Shown: positions 8,566 through 16,434 of the stretch, piece after piece
How positions within the stretch are numbered: position 1 is the first letter of the stretch
Layout of the letters: the number at the start of each line of letters is the position of its first letter
NCBI RefSeq assembly: GCF_000025685.1
Contig: NC_013967.1
Coordinates: 2,730,001 to 2,762,000 of the forward strand
DNA: 32,000 nt
Origin: Haloferax volcanii DS2
GTDB taxonomy: Archaea; Halobacteriota; Halobacteria; Halobacteriales; Haloferacaceae
Reading direction: 5' to 3'
Translations under genes and position numbers: made by a program
Notes under the pieces: model-generated
The model's database searches: none
Told to the model about the DNA's origin: nothing
Seen by the model: the letters and a program-made list of their open reading frames with translations, nothing else

Positions 8566-8730
8566 ATGGCCGGACTGCAACAGCAGCGGGCCCGCGGGCG
8601 AGACATGTTGGAGTGTCGAGGTTGTGGGGCCGTATTCCCGGAGGGACGAGCGACGAACGACGGGTGGACGTACGTCTGTCCCGAGTGTGAACAGGTCGAA
8701 GGTATCGGCGAGGGGCTTCGTCGCCTCTGA
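8566..8730 (+). CDS. small CPxCG-type zinc-finger protein (54 aa)
   Basis: MAGLQQQRARGRDMLECRGCGAVFPEGRATNDGWTYVCPECEQVEGIGEGLRRL has CxxCG...CPxC, one zinc knuckle pair. The upstream GTG-8500 extension (KNCHEISKIGILKLDF) uses A/T-rich, non-haloarchaeal codons and overlaps the TATA box. Confidence 0.7.
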   Translation: MAGLQQQRARGRDMLECRGCGAVFPEGRATNDGWTYVCPECEQVEGIGEGLRRL

Positions 8731-8777
8731 CGGCAGACTGAATCCTTTTTTACTCCCCCCGAACGCAGGGAGTACCA

Positions 8778-10652
8778 ATGACCGAGTACGACTACGACTA
8801 CGAGGACCTCGGCCTCGTGGCTGGGCTGGAGATTCACCAGCAACTCGACACCGAGACGAAGCTGTTCTGCGGGTGTCCGACCGACCTCCGCGAGCCCGAC
8901 GAGGCGACGCGCACGTTCACGCGCTTCCTCCACCCGACCAAGAGCGAACTGGGCGAACTCGACGACGCCGCGCTCGAAGAGAGCCGCGTCGAACGCGAGT
9001 TCGAGTATCTCGCCTACGACTCGACCTGTCTGGTCGAAGAGGACGACGAGCCGCCGCACGAACTCGACCACGAGGCGCGGACGGTCGCCATGCAGATTGC
9101 CGAACTGCTCGACATGAACGTCGTCGACGAGGCGCACGTCATGCGCAAGCTCGTCATCGACGGCTCGAACACCTCGGGGTTCCAGCGCTCGTCGCTCATC
9201 GCGCAGGAAGGCGAGATTCAGACCGAAGACGGCCCCGTCTCCGTCGTGGACCTCATGCTCGAAGAGGAGTCCGCCCAGCGCGTCGAAGAGCGAGACGACG
9301 GCGTCCTATACAGCCTCGACCGCCTCGGCATCCCGCTCGTCGAAATCGGCACCGGCCCGGACATCTCCTCGCCCGAACAGGCGCGCGAGGCGGCCCAGAC
9401 CATCGGGATGCTCCTGCGCTCGACCGGGAAGGTCAAACGCGGCCTCGGCACCATCCGGCAGGACGTGAACGTCTCCATCGCCGACGGCGCGCGCGTCGAA
9501 ATCAAGGGCGTGCAGGCGCTCGACCAAATCGACGAAATCGTCCGCTTCGAGGTCGGCCGACAGGCGGAACTCGTCGAGATTCGTGACGAACTCCAGTCGC
9601 GCGACGCCTCCGTCGGCGGCGTGGCCGACGTGACCGACGTGTTCGAGGACTCGGACTCCGGCGTCATCCGCGGCGCGCTCGACGCCGGCGGGAAGGTCAC
9701 GGCCGTCCCGCTGTACGGCTTCGACGGCCTCGTCGGCCGCGAACTCCAGCCCGACCGCCGCCTCGGCACCGAACTCTCCGACCACGCCAAGCGCCACGGC
9801 GCGGGCGGCATCTTCCACACCGACGAACTCCCGGCCTACGGCGTCACCGAGGCCGAGGTCGAATCGCTCCGCGAGGCGGTCGACGCCGGCCCCGAGGACG
9901 CGGTCGCCATCGTCGCCGACGACCCCGAGACGGCCGACCTCGCCATCGACGCGGTCGCAGAACGCGCCGAAGTCGCCATCGAGGAGGTCCCCGAGGAGAC
10001 CCGCGGGGCCAACGACGACGGCACGACGCGCTACCTCCGCCCGCTCCCCGGCGCGGCCCGAATGTACCCCGAGACGGACGTACCCCCCGTCGACCTCGAC
10101 CCGAGCGACGTGGAGACGCCCGAACTCCTGACCGAGAAGGTCGACCGCTACCAAGCCGAGTTCGGCCTCGACGCCGGCCTCGCGGAGCAGGTCGCCTACG
10201 GCCGGACGATGCCGCTGTTCGAGGAGGCCGTGGACGCCGGCATCGACGCGACGTTCGCGGCGGGGCTGCTCGAATCGACGCTGACCGAACTCCGCCGCGA
10301 CGACGTGGCCGTCTCCGAACTCACCGACGACCACCTGCTCGCGGTCATGCAGCTCGTCGAGGACGGCGACCTCGCCAAGGAGGGCGTCAACGACGTGCTC
10401 ACCACCATCGCCGAGGACCCGAGCCTCACGGCCGAGGAAGCCGTCGAGGAGGCCGGCCTCTCCGGCGTCTCCGAAGAGGAGGTCCGCGAGGCCATCGCGG
10501 AGGTCGTCGAGCGCAACGCCGACCAAGTCGAACAGCAGGGCATGGGCGCGTTCTCGGCGCTCATGGGCGAGGCGATGGGCGCGCTCCGCGGCAAGGCCGA
10601 CGGCGGCGTCGTCAGCGACGTGCTCCGCGAGGAGATTCAAAAGCGGGCCTGA
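8778..10652 (+). CDS. gatE: Glu-tRNA(Gln) amidotransferase subunit E
   Basis: LVAGLEIHQQLDTETKLFCGCPT, the GatB/E catalytic core, a C-terminal YqeY-like tail, and 624 aa are all typical of archaeal GatE. Confidence 0.95.
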   Translation: MTEYDYDYEDLGLVAGLEIHQQLDTETKLFCGCPTDLREPDEATRTFTRFLHPTKSELGELDDAALEESRVEREFEYLAYDSTCLVEEDDEPPHELDHEARTVAMQIAELLDMNVVDEAHVMRKLVIDGSNTSGFQRSSLIAQEGEIQTEDGPVSVVDLMLEEESAQRVEERDDGVLYSLDRLGIPLVEIGTGPDISSPEQAREAAQTIGMLLRSTGKVKRGLGTIRQDVNVSIADGARVEIKGVQALDQIDEIVRFEVGRQAELVEIRDELQSRDASVGGVADVTDVFEDSDSGVIRGALDAGGKVTAVPLYGFDGLVGRELQPDRRLGTELSDHAKRHGAGGIFHTDELPAYGVTEAEVESLREAVDAGPEDAVAIVADDPETADLAIDAVAERAEVAIEEVPEETRGANDDGTTRYLRPLPGAARMYPETDVPPVDLDPSDVETPELLTEKVDRYQAEFGLDAGLAEQVAYGRTMPLFEEAVDAGIDATFAAGLLESTLTELRRDDVAVSELTDDHLLAVMQLVEDGDLAKEGVNDVLTTIAEDPSLTAEEAVEEAGLSGVSEEEVREAIAEVVERNADQVEQQGMGAFSALMGEAMGALRGKADGGVVSDVLREEIQKRA

Positions 10653-10675
10653 CCGCCGAGGCTTCGGACCGCATC

Positions 10676-10705
10676 CCGTTTTCTCCGTTCTCCGTTCTCC
10701 GTTCT
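10676..10705. repeat. Heptanucleotide tandem repeat (CCGTTCT) x3 perfect plus one degenerate copy
   Basis: ccgttttct ccgttct ccgttct ccgttct lies between the convergent gatE stop (10652) and the stop of the 10705..11232 gene. Confidence 0.85.
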
Positions 10706-11232
10706 CACGACGCCGAGCGCCCGCTCTCGCGGACGAACCGCCGCCAGCCCCACCGCCCCGCGAACTCGACGCCGGCCGCGACGACGAGAAGCACCAACAG
10801 CACCGGCCCGAAGATGAGGAACATCCCCAGCGCATCGGTCTCGCCGCGGACGTGGAGGAACGCCCACCAGACGAGTTCCGTGACGCCGAACAGGCCGACG
10901 AGCGGCGCGACCAGCCCGCGGCGAGCGAACAGCAGGGCCGAAACGGCGACGAACCCGGCGAGCAGGAGGAACGAAACGCCGAGGAAGCCCGCCGCAGTCA
11001 GCGGGTCTTCGACCAGCCCCGAGGGGAACGCGTCGGTGACGAGTCGGGGCGCGGTCCAGACGGCGAGCGTGGCGAGGGCGTAGCCGCCGCTGACGAGCGC
11101 GGGCGTCAGGAAGCTTCGGGCGCTCCGGGCGCGGGTCGCGTAGACGACGGCGACGGTGCCGAGCGCGGCGGCGACGGCGACGATGTGAGTGAGAAGCCAG
11201 TTGCCGAGCACCGGGTCGGGCGAGCCGGGCAT
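10705..11232 (-). CDS. hypothetical integral membrane protein (about 5 TM helices)
   Basis: 175 aa, strongly hydrophobic (WLLTHIVAVAAALGTVAVVYA, GFLGVSFLLLAGFVAVSALLF, MFLIFGPVLLVLLVVAAGV). Its start is 1 nt after the stop of the upstream M48 peptidase gene. Confidence 0.7.
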   Translation of the reverse strand: MPGSPDPVLGNWLLTHIVAVAAALGTVAVVYATRARSARSFLTPALVSGGYALATLAVWTAPRLVTDAFPSGLVEDPLTAAGFLGVSFLLLAGFVAVSALLFARRGLVAPLVGLFGVTELVWWAFLHVRGETDALGMFLIFGPVLLVLLVVAAGVEFAGRWGWRRFVRESGRSAS

Positions 11233-11233
11233 C

Positions 11234-12187
11234 TCAGCGCACCTCGATTCGCGTCATCGACTCGTCGGCCATCGCTGCCAGTCGCTCCACGCGCTCGTCG
11301 GTCGAGGGGTGGGTCGAAAGCAGGTCCGACACCGAGTCTTCGACCTCGACCTCGCCGTACACCCACAGCGGCGACAGGCCGTGTTGCGGCCGGGCGGCCC
11401 GCTCTAACTTCCGCAGGGCCGACGCGAGCGCCATCGGCTTGTCCGTCACCTCGGCGGCCCGCGCGTCGGCCGCGAACTCCCGTTTTCTCGACTGCGACCG
11501 GACGAACACGGTGAGGCCGAAGCCGAACAGCCCGACGAACTCGTCCAGTCGGAGGCGAACCCGCCCGGCGAGCGTCTCGGTCCACGACCCCGGCCGGCCG
11601 CGCATCCACGCCGAGCCGAGGGCGACGCCCGTCGTCAGGAACGTCACCGGCGAGACGAACAGGTAGCCGACGCCGACGACCGTCTGGAGGACGCTCGCCA
11701 CGAGCGACTGGACCAGCCCGTCTTTCCGTTCGAGGTGCGCGAGTTCGTGCGCGAGCAGCGCCTCGAACTCGTCGGCGTCGAGGAGGCGGAACAGCGAGGC
11801 GTCGAGGACGACCACGTCGCGGCCCATCGGGTCGAGCGCCATCGCGTTCGGCGCGGCGAAACGCGCGAGCTTCAGCGTCGGCGGGTCGAGGTCCATCCGC
11901 TCGGCGAGGCGGTCGCGGAGGCGGTGGACCGACGGCGACTCCGCGGGCGACATATCCCGCGCGTCGAGTTGGCTGAGCAGGCGCACCGTGCCGAAGCGGA
12001 AGCTCAGATAGCCGAGGACGACGGCGACTGCGACGCCGACGACGGCGGCGGTCAGGGGGTCGGGGCGAAGCCGCCAGAGCGTCACCACCGCGAACGCGCT
12101 GAGCGCGCTGAGCGAGAGGTAGAACGCGAGGACGACGACGCCGACGACGACCATCGGGAAGCGAGAGCGGCGCGGGGACGTTGCCAT
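11234..12187 (-). CDS. M48 family (HtpX-like) zinc metallopeptidase, membrane-bound
   Basis: HELAHLERKD (HExxH), N-terminal TM helices, and a C-terminal STHPSTDERV motif. Start at ATG 12187 (MATSPRRSRF) is supported by a CAAAAG/CTTTTG box 30 nt upstream. The ATG at 12217 lies inside that box. Confidence 0.88.
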   Translation of the reverse strand: MATSPRRSRFPMVVVGVVVLAFYLSLSALSAFAVVTLWRLRPDPLTAAVVGVAVAVVLGYLSFRFGTVRLLSQLDARDMSPAESPSVHRLRDRLAERMDLDPPTLKLARFAAPNAMALDPMGRDVVVLDASLFRLLDADEFEALLAHELAHLERKDGLVQSLVASVLQTVVGVGYLFVSPVTFLTTGVALGSAWMRGRPGSWTETLAGRVRLRLDEFVGLFGFGLTVFVRSQSRKREFAADARAAEVTDKPMALASALRKLERAARPQHGLSPLWVYGEVEVEDSVSDLLSTHPSTDERVERLAAMADESMTRIEVR

Positions 12188-12330
12188 CTCGCGTGGGGAT
12201 ACGGGGTCGGACCGCAAAAGCTGTCTGGCACTCAGGGGCGGGGGAACGAAAACGGGGTGCGCTCGGCCGCGCGCGCCGCCCGGACCGCCGACACCGCTAC
12301 TTTCTCCACGGGGCCGGCCGAAGGGGAGTC

Positions 12331-12792
12331 ATGCAGTCCTTCGAGGATTTCGCGGCCGGCGACACCCACGAGTTCGGCGCGTACGACGTGACCGAAGCGG
12401 AGGTGCTGGAGTTCGCCGAACAGTACGACCCGCAGTGGTTCCACACCGACCCGGAGCGCGCCGAGTCCGAGTCGATGTACGGCGGCGTCATCGCCAGCGG
12501 TTGGCACACCACGGCGATGACGATGCGCCTGCTCGTTGACGGCTTCCTCGGTGACTCGGCCGCCCTCGGCGCGAAAGGCGTCGACGAGCTTCGCTGGTGG
12601 AAACCGGTGTATCCGGGGGACACGCTCGTCGTGGAAAACGAGGTGCTGGAGACGACCGTCGAGACCGACAGCCGCGGCCTCGTGGAGATTCGGACGACGA
12701 CCCGCGCGGAGCGCGAGTCCGGAGAGGTCGAGAAAGTCTGTTCGTTCGTGAGCTACGTGATGTTCGCCCGCCGGGACGACGACGCGGAGTAG
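12331..12792 (+). CDS. MaoC-like (R-specific enoyl-CoA hydratase / hot-dog fold) dehydratase
   Basis: FAEQYDPQWFHTDPERAESESMYGGVIASGWHTTAM is the MaoC hydratase motif (D.NP.H.D...A......G..IAHG). Start is the ATG at 12331; the upstream part of the track ORF is Arg-rich junk. Confidence 0.87.
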   Translation: MQSFEDFAAGDTHEFGAYDVTEAEVLEFAEQYDPQWFHTDPERAESESMYGGVIASGWHTTAMTMRLLVDGFLGDSAALGAKGVDELRWWKPVYPGDTLVVENEVLETTVETDSRGLVEIRTTTRAERESGEVEKVCSFVSYVMFARRDDDAE

Positions 12793-12802
12793 CGCGGACG
12801 CG

Positions 12803-13630
12803 TCAGCTCTCGTCGTCGCGGAAGCGGTCCGGGTCGCGGACGGCCTCGGCGGCCCGACGGAACACGCCCGTCAGCGTCGCGGCCTCGCGCTCGGTCGGGT
12901 GGGCGCGGCCGAGCAGTCGGCGCATCATCCGCGAGGTCTTGGTTCGCTTGTGTTCGCGGTAGTCCACGGCGTCGAGCAACTCGTCGAAAAAGCGGTAGAC
13001 GACCTCGATTTCCGCCTCTGAGGCGCGCTCGCGCTCCACATCCGGTAGCTGCGTCTCCTCGACCGTAAACCGGCGAAGTTCGTACATGAGAAGCGTCGCC
13101 GCCTGCCCGAGGTTGAGCACGGGATAGCGGTCGTCGGCGGGGATACAACAGACCTCGTCGAGCATCGCCAACTCCTCGTTGTCGAGGCCGGTTCCCTCGC
13201 GGCCGAAGACGAGCGCGGTCTTCGTCTCCACCGACTCCAGCGAGTCAGCGATTTCGACCGGCGTCTTGAACGGGTAGCGGACGTGCCGGGTGGAGTCCTC
13301 GTGGGAGACCGCGGTCGTCCCGACGGTGTGGAACTCCTCGACGACCTCCTCTAGGGTCGTCTCGGTGGCGTTCGGAAGCACGTCCTCGCGGGCGTGGCCG
13401 GCGAAGCCGTAGGCCTCGCCGTCGGGGTCGAGCGGCGGCGGGTCGACGAGGCGGAGGTCGTAGATGCCGAAGTTCTTCATCGCCCGCGCGATGGTCCCGA
13501 CGTTGCCGGGCGTCTCGGGTTCGACGACGACGACGACGAACTCGCGGTCCCCGGCGTCACCGGTGGCCGTGTTGGCGGTATCGGCGGCGTCGGCAACATC
13601 GACGACGTCGGCGTCTGGGTCGTCGCTCAT
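12803..13630 (-). CDS. trmJ: TrmJ-like SPOUT (SpoU/TrmH) tRNA 2'-O-methyltransferase
   Basis: VVVVEPETPGNVGTIARAMKNFG, ALVFGREGTGLDNEEL, IPADDRYPVLNLGQAATLLMYEL, plus the C-terminal helical extension typical of TrmJ. Start is the ATG at 13630 (MSDDPDADV). Confidence 0.85.
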   Translation of the reverse strand: MSDDPDADVVDVADAADTANTATGDAGDREFVVVVVEPETPGNVGTIARAMKNFGIYDLRLVDPPPLDPDGEAYGFAGHAREDVLPNATETTLEEVVEEFHTVGTTAVSHEDSTRHVRYPFKTPVEIADSLESVETKTALVFGREGTGLDNEELAMLDEVCCIPADDRYPVLNLGQAATLLMYELRRFTVEETQLPDVERERASEAEIEVVYRFFDELLDAVDYREHKRTKTSRMMRRLLGRAHPTEREAATLTGVFRRAAEAVRDPDRFRDDES

Positions 13631-14214
13631 TTCGTCGGGTAGTCCGTGTCGAGGTCGACGCCGTCGAGGTCGTCTTCGGTCAGGGGCGTCCCGTCCTCGT
13701 CGTCCGCGCCGGGGCCGTAGTCGCGGAGGTTGATACGCTCGCCCTCGACGAAGTTCTCCTCCAGTCGGCGCTGTATCTCGTTGGCGTCCGGCGGCGACGG
13801 GAGTTCGTCGGGTTCGGTGTCGACGTACTCCAGCCCGCCGTAGCCGTCGGGCGCGCGGCCGCCGGCGGCGAACCACTCGTGGAAGGCGTCGGCGAACACC
13901 GCGTCGCCGACGAGGTCGCGGCCGTCCTCCTCGCGGAACCAGTAGAGGAAGTCCGGCTCGTGGTGCTCGCAGAGAAGCACCTCCTCGCGGGGCTCGCCGT
14001 AGACGATGGCGGCCTGTCGGCACTGCTGTATCTCCTCGTCGCCGTGGATTAGATAGCAGGCGTCGCACGGCTCCTCGACGAGCGAGACGAGGCGCATGAG
14101 ACGCTCCCGTGGGTCCTCGGGAATCTCGTCGAGCGGTTTGAACTCGCCCTCGTCGGTGAATATCTCGGACTCTTCGAAGCGCCATCCGCGGAGTCCGACG
14201 CTGACCTTCGCCAT
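13627..14214 (-). CDS. conserved-looking hypothetical acidic Cys/His-rich protein (195 aa)
   Basis: MAKVSVGLRGWRFEESEIFTDEGEFKPLDEIPEDPRERLMRLVSLVEEPCDACYLIHGDEEIQQCRQAAIVYGEPREEVLLCEHHEPDFLYWF... The GATAAAAG/CTTTTATC box lies 26 nt upstream of the ATG at 14214. Its stop overlaps the trmJ start (ATGA). Confidence 0.7.
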   Translation of the reverse strand: MAKVSVGLRGWRFEESEIFTDEGEFKPLDEIPEDPRERLMRLVSLVEEPCDACYLIHGDEEIQQCRQAAIVYGEPREEVLLCEHHEPDFLYWFREEDGRDLVGDAVFADAFHEWFAAGGRAPDGYGGLEYVDTEPDELPSPPDANEIQRRLEENFVEGERINLRDYGPGADDEDGTPLTEDDLDGVDLDTDYPTK

Positions 14215-14236
14215 GGTCCGAGGTAGCCGAGCGGCG

Positions 14237-14244
14237 GATAAAAG
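14237..14244 (-). promoter_or_regulatory. TATA-like box for the 13627..14214 / trmJ transcription unit
   Basis: The minus strand reads CTTTTATC, centred 26 nt upstream of the ATG at 14214. Confidence 0.5.
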
Positions 14245-14326
14245 TGGCGTGATGCCGGTCAGTCGTCCGCGAGCGACGGCGAACGAGCGCCGCAGGGCTG
14301 GCTGCCCGCCTTCCGCGACCGGTCGG

Positions 14327-14333
14327 CATATAG
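14327..14333 (+). promoter_or_regulatory. TATA-like box for leaderless folP
   Basis: CATATAG is centred 26 nt upstream of the ATG at 14356. Confidence 0.5.
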
Positions 14334-14355
14334 TCGTGTGGTCCAACCGACGGGT

Positions 14356-15495
14356 ATGCGCACCGTCGATGCGGCAGGACTCGAAATCGGCGACGACCAC
14401 CCGCCCCGAATCATGGGCGTGCTGAACGTCTCCAAGGAGTCCCCGTACAAGCCGAGCGTGTTCAACGACCCGAGCGAGGCCGCCGAGTACGTCGACCGCG
14501 AACTCATCGACGAGGGGGCCGACATCGTCGATATCGGCCTCGAATCCGCGAACAAGCGCCTCGACGTGCTGTCGGCCGAAGACGAACTCGACCGCCTCGA
14601 TACGGCGCTTTCGGTCCTCGACAGCGTCTCCGGCGACGCCGTCTTCTCCATCGAGACGCGCTACCACGAGGTCGCGGAGGCGGCGCTCGACGGTGGGTTC
14701 GACATGGTCAACGATATCTGCGGCTTCGCCGACCCGGTGATGCCCCGCGTCTGCGAGGAGTTCGACGCCGCCGTCGCCAAGATGGCGAGCCCCCCGGACC
14801 TCACCCGCCCCGGTGCAATCGAGGAGGTCGACGACATCTACGACGCCCTCGAACTGAACGGCTTCACCGACAAGACCATCCTCGACCCCGCTTTCGGCGG
14901 CTGGTCGGAGGCGAAGACGCTCGAACACGACCGCGAGACGTTCGACCGCCTGCGGGAGTTCCGCGGCTACGGCTACCCCATCCTGGTCTCCATCAACCGC
15001 AAGAACTTCCTCCGCGACGTGGCCGGCCGCTCGACCGAGGAAGCCCTGCCCGTCAGCCTCGCCGCCACGTCGATGGCGGTCGAGCGCGGTGCCCATGTCG
15101 TCCGGACTCACGACGTGAAAGAGACCCGCGACGCGGCCCTCATCGGTCACGAGTTCGAGCGCCGTCGCGTCCGCGACCCCGGCGACGTGTCGGTCGAGGA
15201 ACTCGACGTGACGACGACCGGCGAGGCCGCCAGACACCTCGACCGGGTCGGCGCGAACCGCGACCTCGCCGCCGAGAGCGTCATGCGCGTCTTCGAACTG
15301 GAAGGACTCGGAGCCGACGACCGCGAGGCCCTCGAAGCCGCCGCCGGCGACGCGGGAGCCGTCTTGGCCGCCGGCGACACCGGGGCGCTGCTGGTCGGGA
15401 CGCCCGCCGCGCTCGCCCGGCTTTCGACGCTCGTCACGGACGCCTCCGACGCCCTCGAAGCCGCCCTCGAAACGGTCGAGCGGGCGACGCGATAA
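14356..15495 (+). CDS. folP: dihydropteroate synthase (pterin-binding TIM barrel) with a C-terminal extension of about 115 aa
   Basis: PRIMGVLNVSKESPY, GADIVDIGLES, SIETRYHEVAEAALDGGFDMVNDICG, ILDPAFGG, ILVSINRKNF, and GAHVVRTHDV are DHPS motifs. Start is the ATG at 14356 (MRTVDAAG). Confidence 0.88.
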   Translation: MRTVDAAGLEIGDDHPPRIMGVLNVSKESPYKPSVFNDPSEAAEYVDRELIDEGADIVDIGLESANKRLDVLSAEDELDRLDTALSVLDSVSGDAVFSIETRYHEVAEAALDGGFDMVNDICGFADPVMPRVCEEFDAAVAKMASPPDLTRPGAIEEVDDIYDALELNGFTDKTILDPAFGGWSEAKTLEHDRETFDRLREFRGYGYPILVSINRKNFLRDVAGRSTEEALPVSLAATSMAVERGAHVVRTHDVKETRDAALIGHEFERRRVRDPGDVSVEELDVTTTGEAARHLDRVGANRDLAAESVMRVFELEGLGADDREALEAAAGDAGAVLAAGDTGALLVGTPAALARLSTLVTDASDALEAALETVERATR

Positions 15496-15566
15496 CTGGT
15501 TCGTGAACCCCTCACAGACCCGTCTCGCCGTCTGACGTTCGGCAGACGTTGACCGTTCTACTAAGA

Positions 15567-15578
15567 GAAAACTTATAC
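15567..15578 (+). promoter_or_regulatory. A/T-rich promoter-like box in the folP-mptE spacer
   Basis: AAAACTTATACC; the predicted TSS near 15600 sits just before the hairpin at 15607-15650. Confidence 0.35.
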
Positions 15579-15683
15579 CATCCGACTCTAAAACGGTCCT
15601 GTGGACGCCGGAAGGGCACGCGGGTAGGGGTACACGAGTGCCGTTCCGGCCCATACAGTTACATTCTGAGCGACAGCTATACC

Positions 15684-16367
15684 ATGGATTTCACCACGTG
15701 GGAACCCGTCTACGGGCGGATTCTCGACGACTTCGGCTTCGACCGAACCGGCGACGAGCGCGCCAGAGACGCGCTCGCGGACCTCGTGAAACCGTTCGAC
15801 CGCGACCGGCTGAACTGGGCGGGCGCGACCGTCGCCGTCTGCGGGGCGGCCCCGACGCTCGACGCCGAACTCGACCGACTCGACGACCCCGACGTGGACG
15901 TGGTCGTCGCCGCCTCCACCGCAGCCGACGCGGTGCGAGACGCCGGGTTCGACCTCGATTTGATGGTGACGGACCTCGACAAGAACCCCGAGACGGCGGT
16001 CGAACTAACCGAATCGGGCGTGCCCGTCGCGGCCCACGCCCACGGCGACAACCTTCCCGCGGTCCGCGAGTGGGTTCCACAGTTCGACGCCGACCACGTC
16101 CTCGGGACGACGCAGGCGGCTCCCGTCGGCCCCGTCGTCAACTGGGGCGGCTTCACCGACGGCGACCGAGCGGCCTTCATCGCCGACGAACTCGGGGCGA
16201 AGCGGCTCGTCTTCGCCGGCTGGGACTTCGACGACCCGACCGTGGACGCGATGAAAGCGCGGAAACTCCGGTGGGCGGAGCGCCTGCTCCGGTGGCTCGA
16301 ACGACGCCGCGACGAGCGCTTTTCGGTGCTCGACGGGCGGCGCGACGGCATCGACCCGCTCCCCTGA
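15684..16367 (+). CDS. mptE: 6-hydroxymethyl-7,8-dihydropterin pyrophosphokinase, archaeal MptE type (DUF115)
   Basis: VAVCGAAPTLD...PDVDVVVAASTAADAV...DLMVTDLDKNPE...VAAHAHGDN...GFTDGDRA matches the MptE motifs G.GPS, TDLD and HAHGDN. Start is the ATG at 15684. Confidence 0.82.
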   Translation: MDFTTWEPVYGRILDDFGFDRTGDERARDALADLVKPFDRDRLNWAGATVAVCGAAPTLDAELDRLDDPDVDVVVAASTAADAVRDAGFDLDLMVTDLDKNPETAVELTESGVPVAAHAHGDNLPAVREWVPQFDADHVLGTTQAAPVGPVVNWGGFTDGDRAAFIADELGAKRLVFAGWDFDDPTVDAMKARKLRWAERLLRWLERRRDERFSVLDGRRDGIDPLP

Positions 16368-16434
16368 GAGGCCCGCGATCGCGCCGACCCGTCGGCGCTC
16401 GTCGGGCGCGGCGTGCCTCGCGCTCTCGCCTCGC

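Noticed and set aside
8422-8778. 118-aa minus-strand ORF, and the GTG-8500 N-terminal extension of the zinc-finger ORF
   Set aside because: The minus-strand ORF is antisense to the zinc-finger gene and runs through the A/T-rich promoter region with atypical codons. The extension (KNCHEISKIGILKLDFDDYTS) has non-haloarchaeal composition and covers the TATA box that fits the ATG at 8566.
9306-10835. 509-aa minus-strand ORF
   Set aside because: It is antisense to gatE. It has a low-complexity Arg/Gly/Ala/Asp-rich sequence and no recognisable domain.
12790-12805. Palindrome GACGCGTC in the 10-bp gap between convergent MaoC-like and trmJ-like genes
   Set aside because: An 8-bp GC palindrome is expected by chance in this composition. 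It has no T-tract and no flanking structure, so I did not call it a terminator or operator.
13627-15654. 675-aa minus-strand ORF treated as a single gene
   Set aside because: Only the last 195 codons (from ATG 14214, with a TATA box at -26) look like a real acidic protein. The upstream 480 codons are antisense to folP and have artefact composition.
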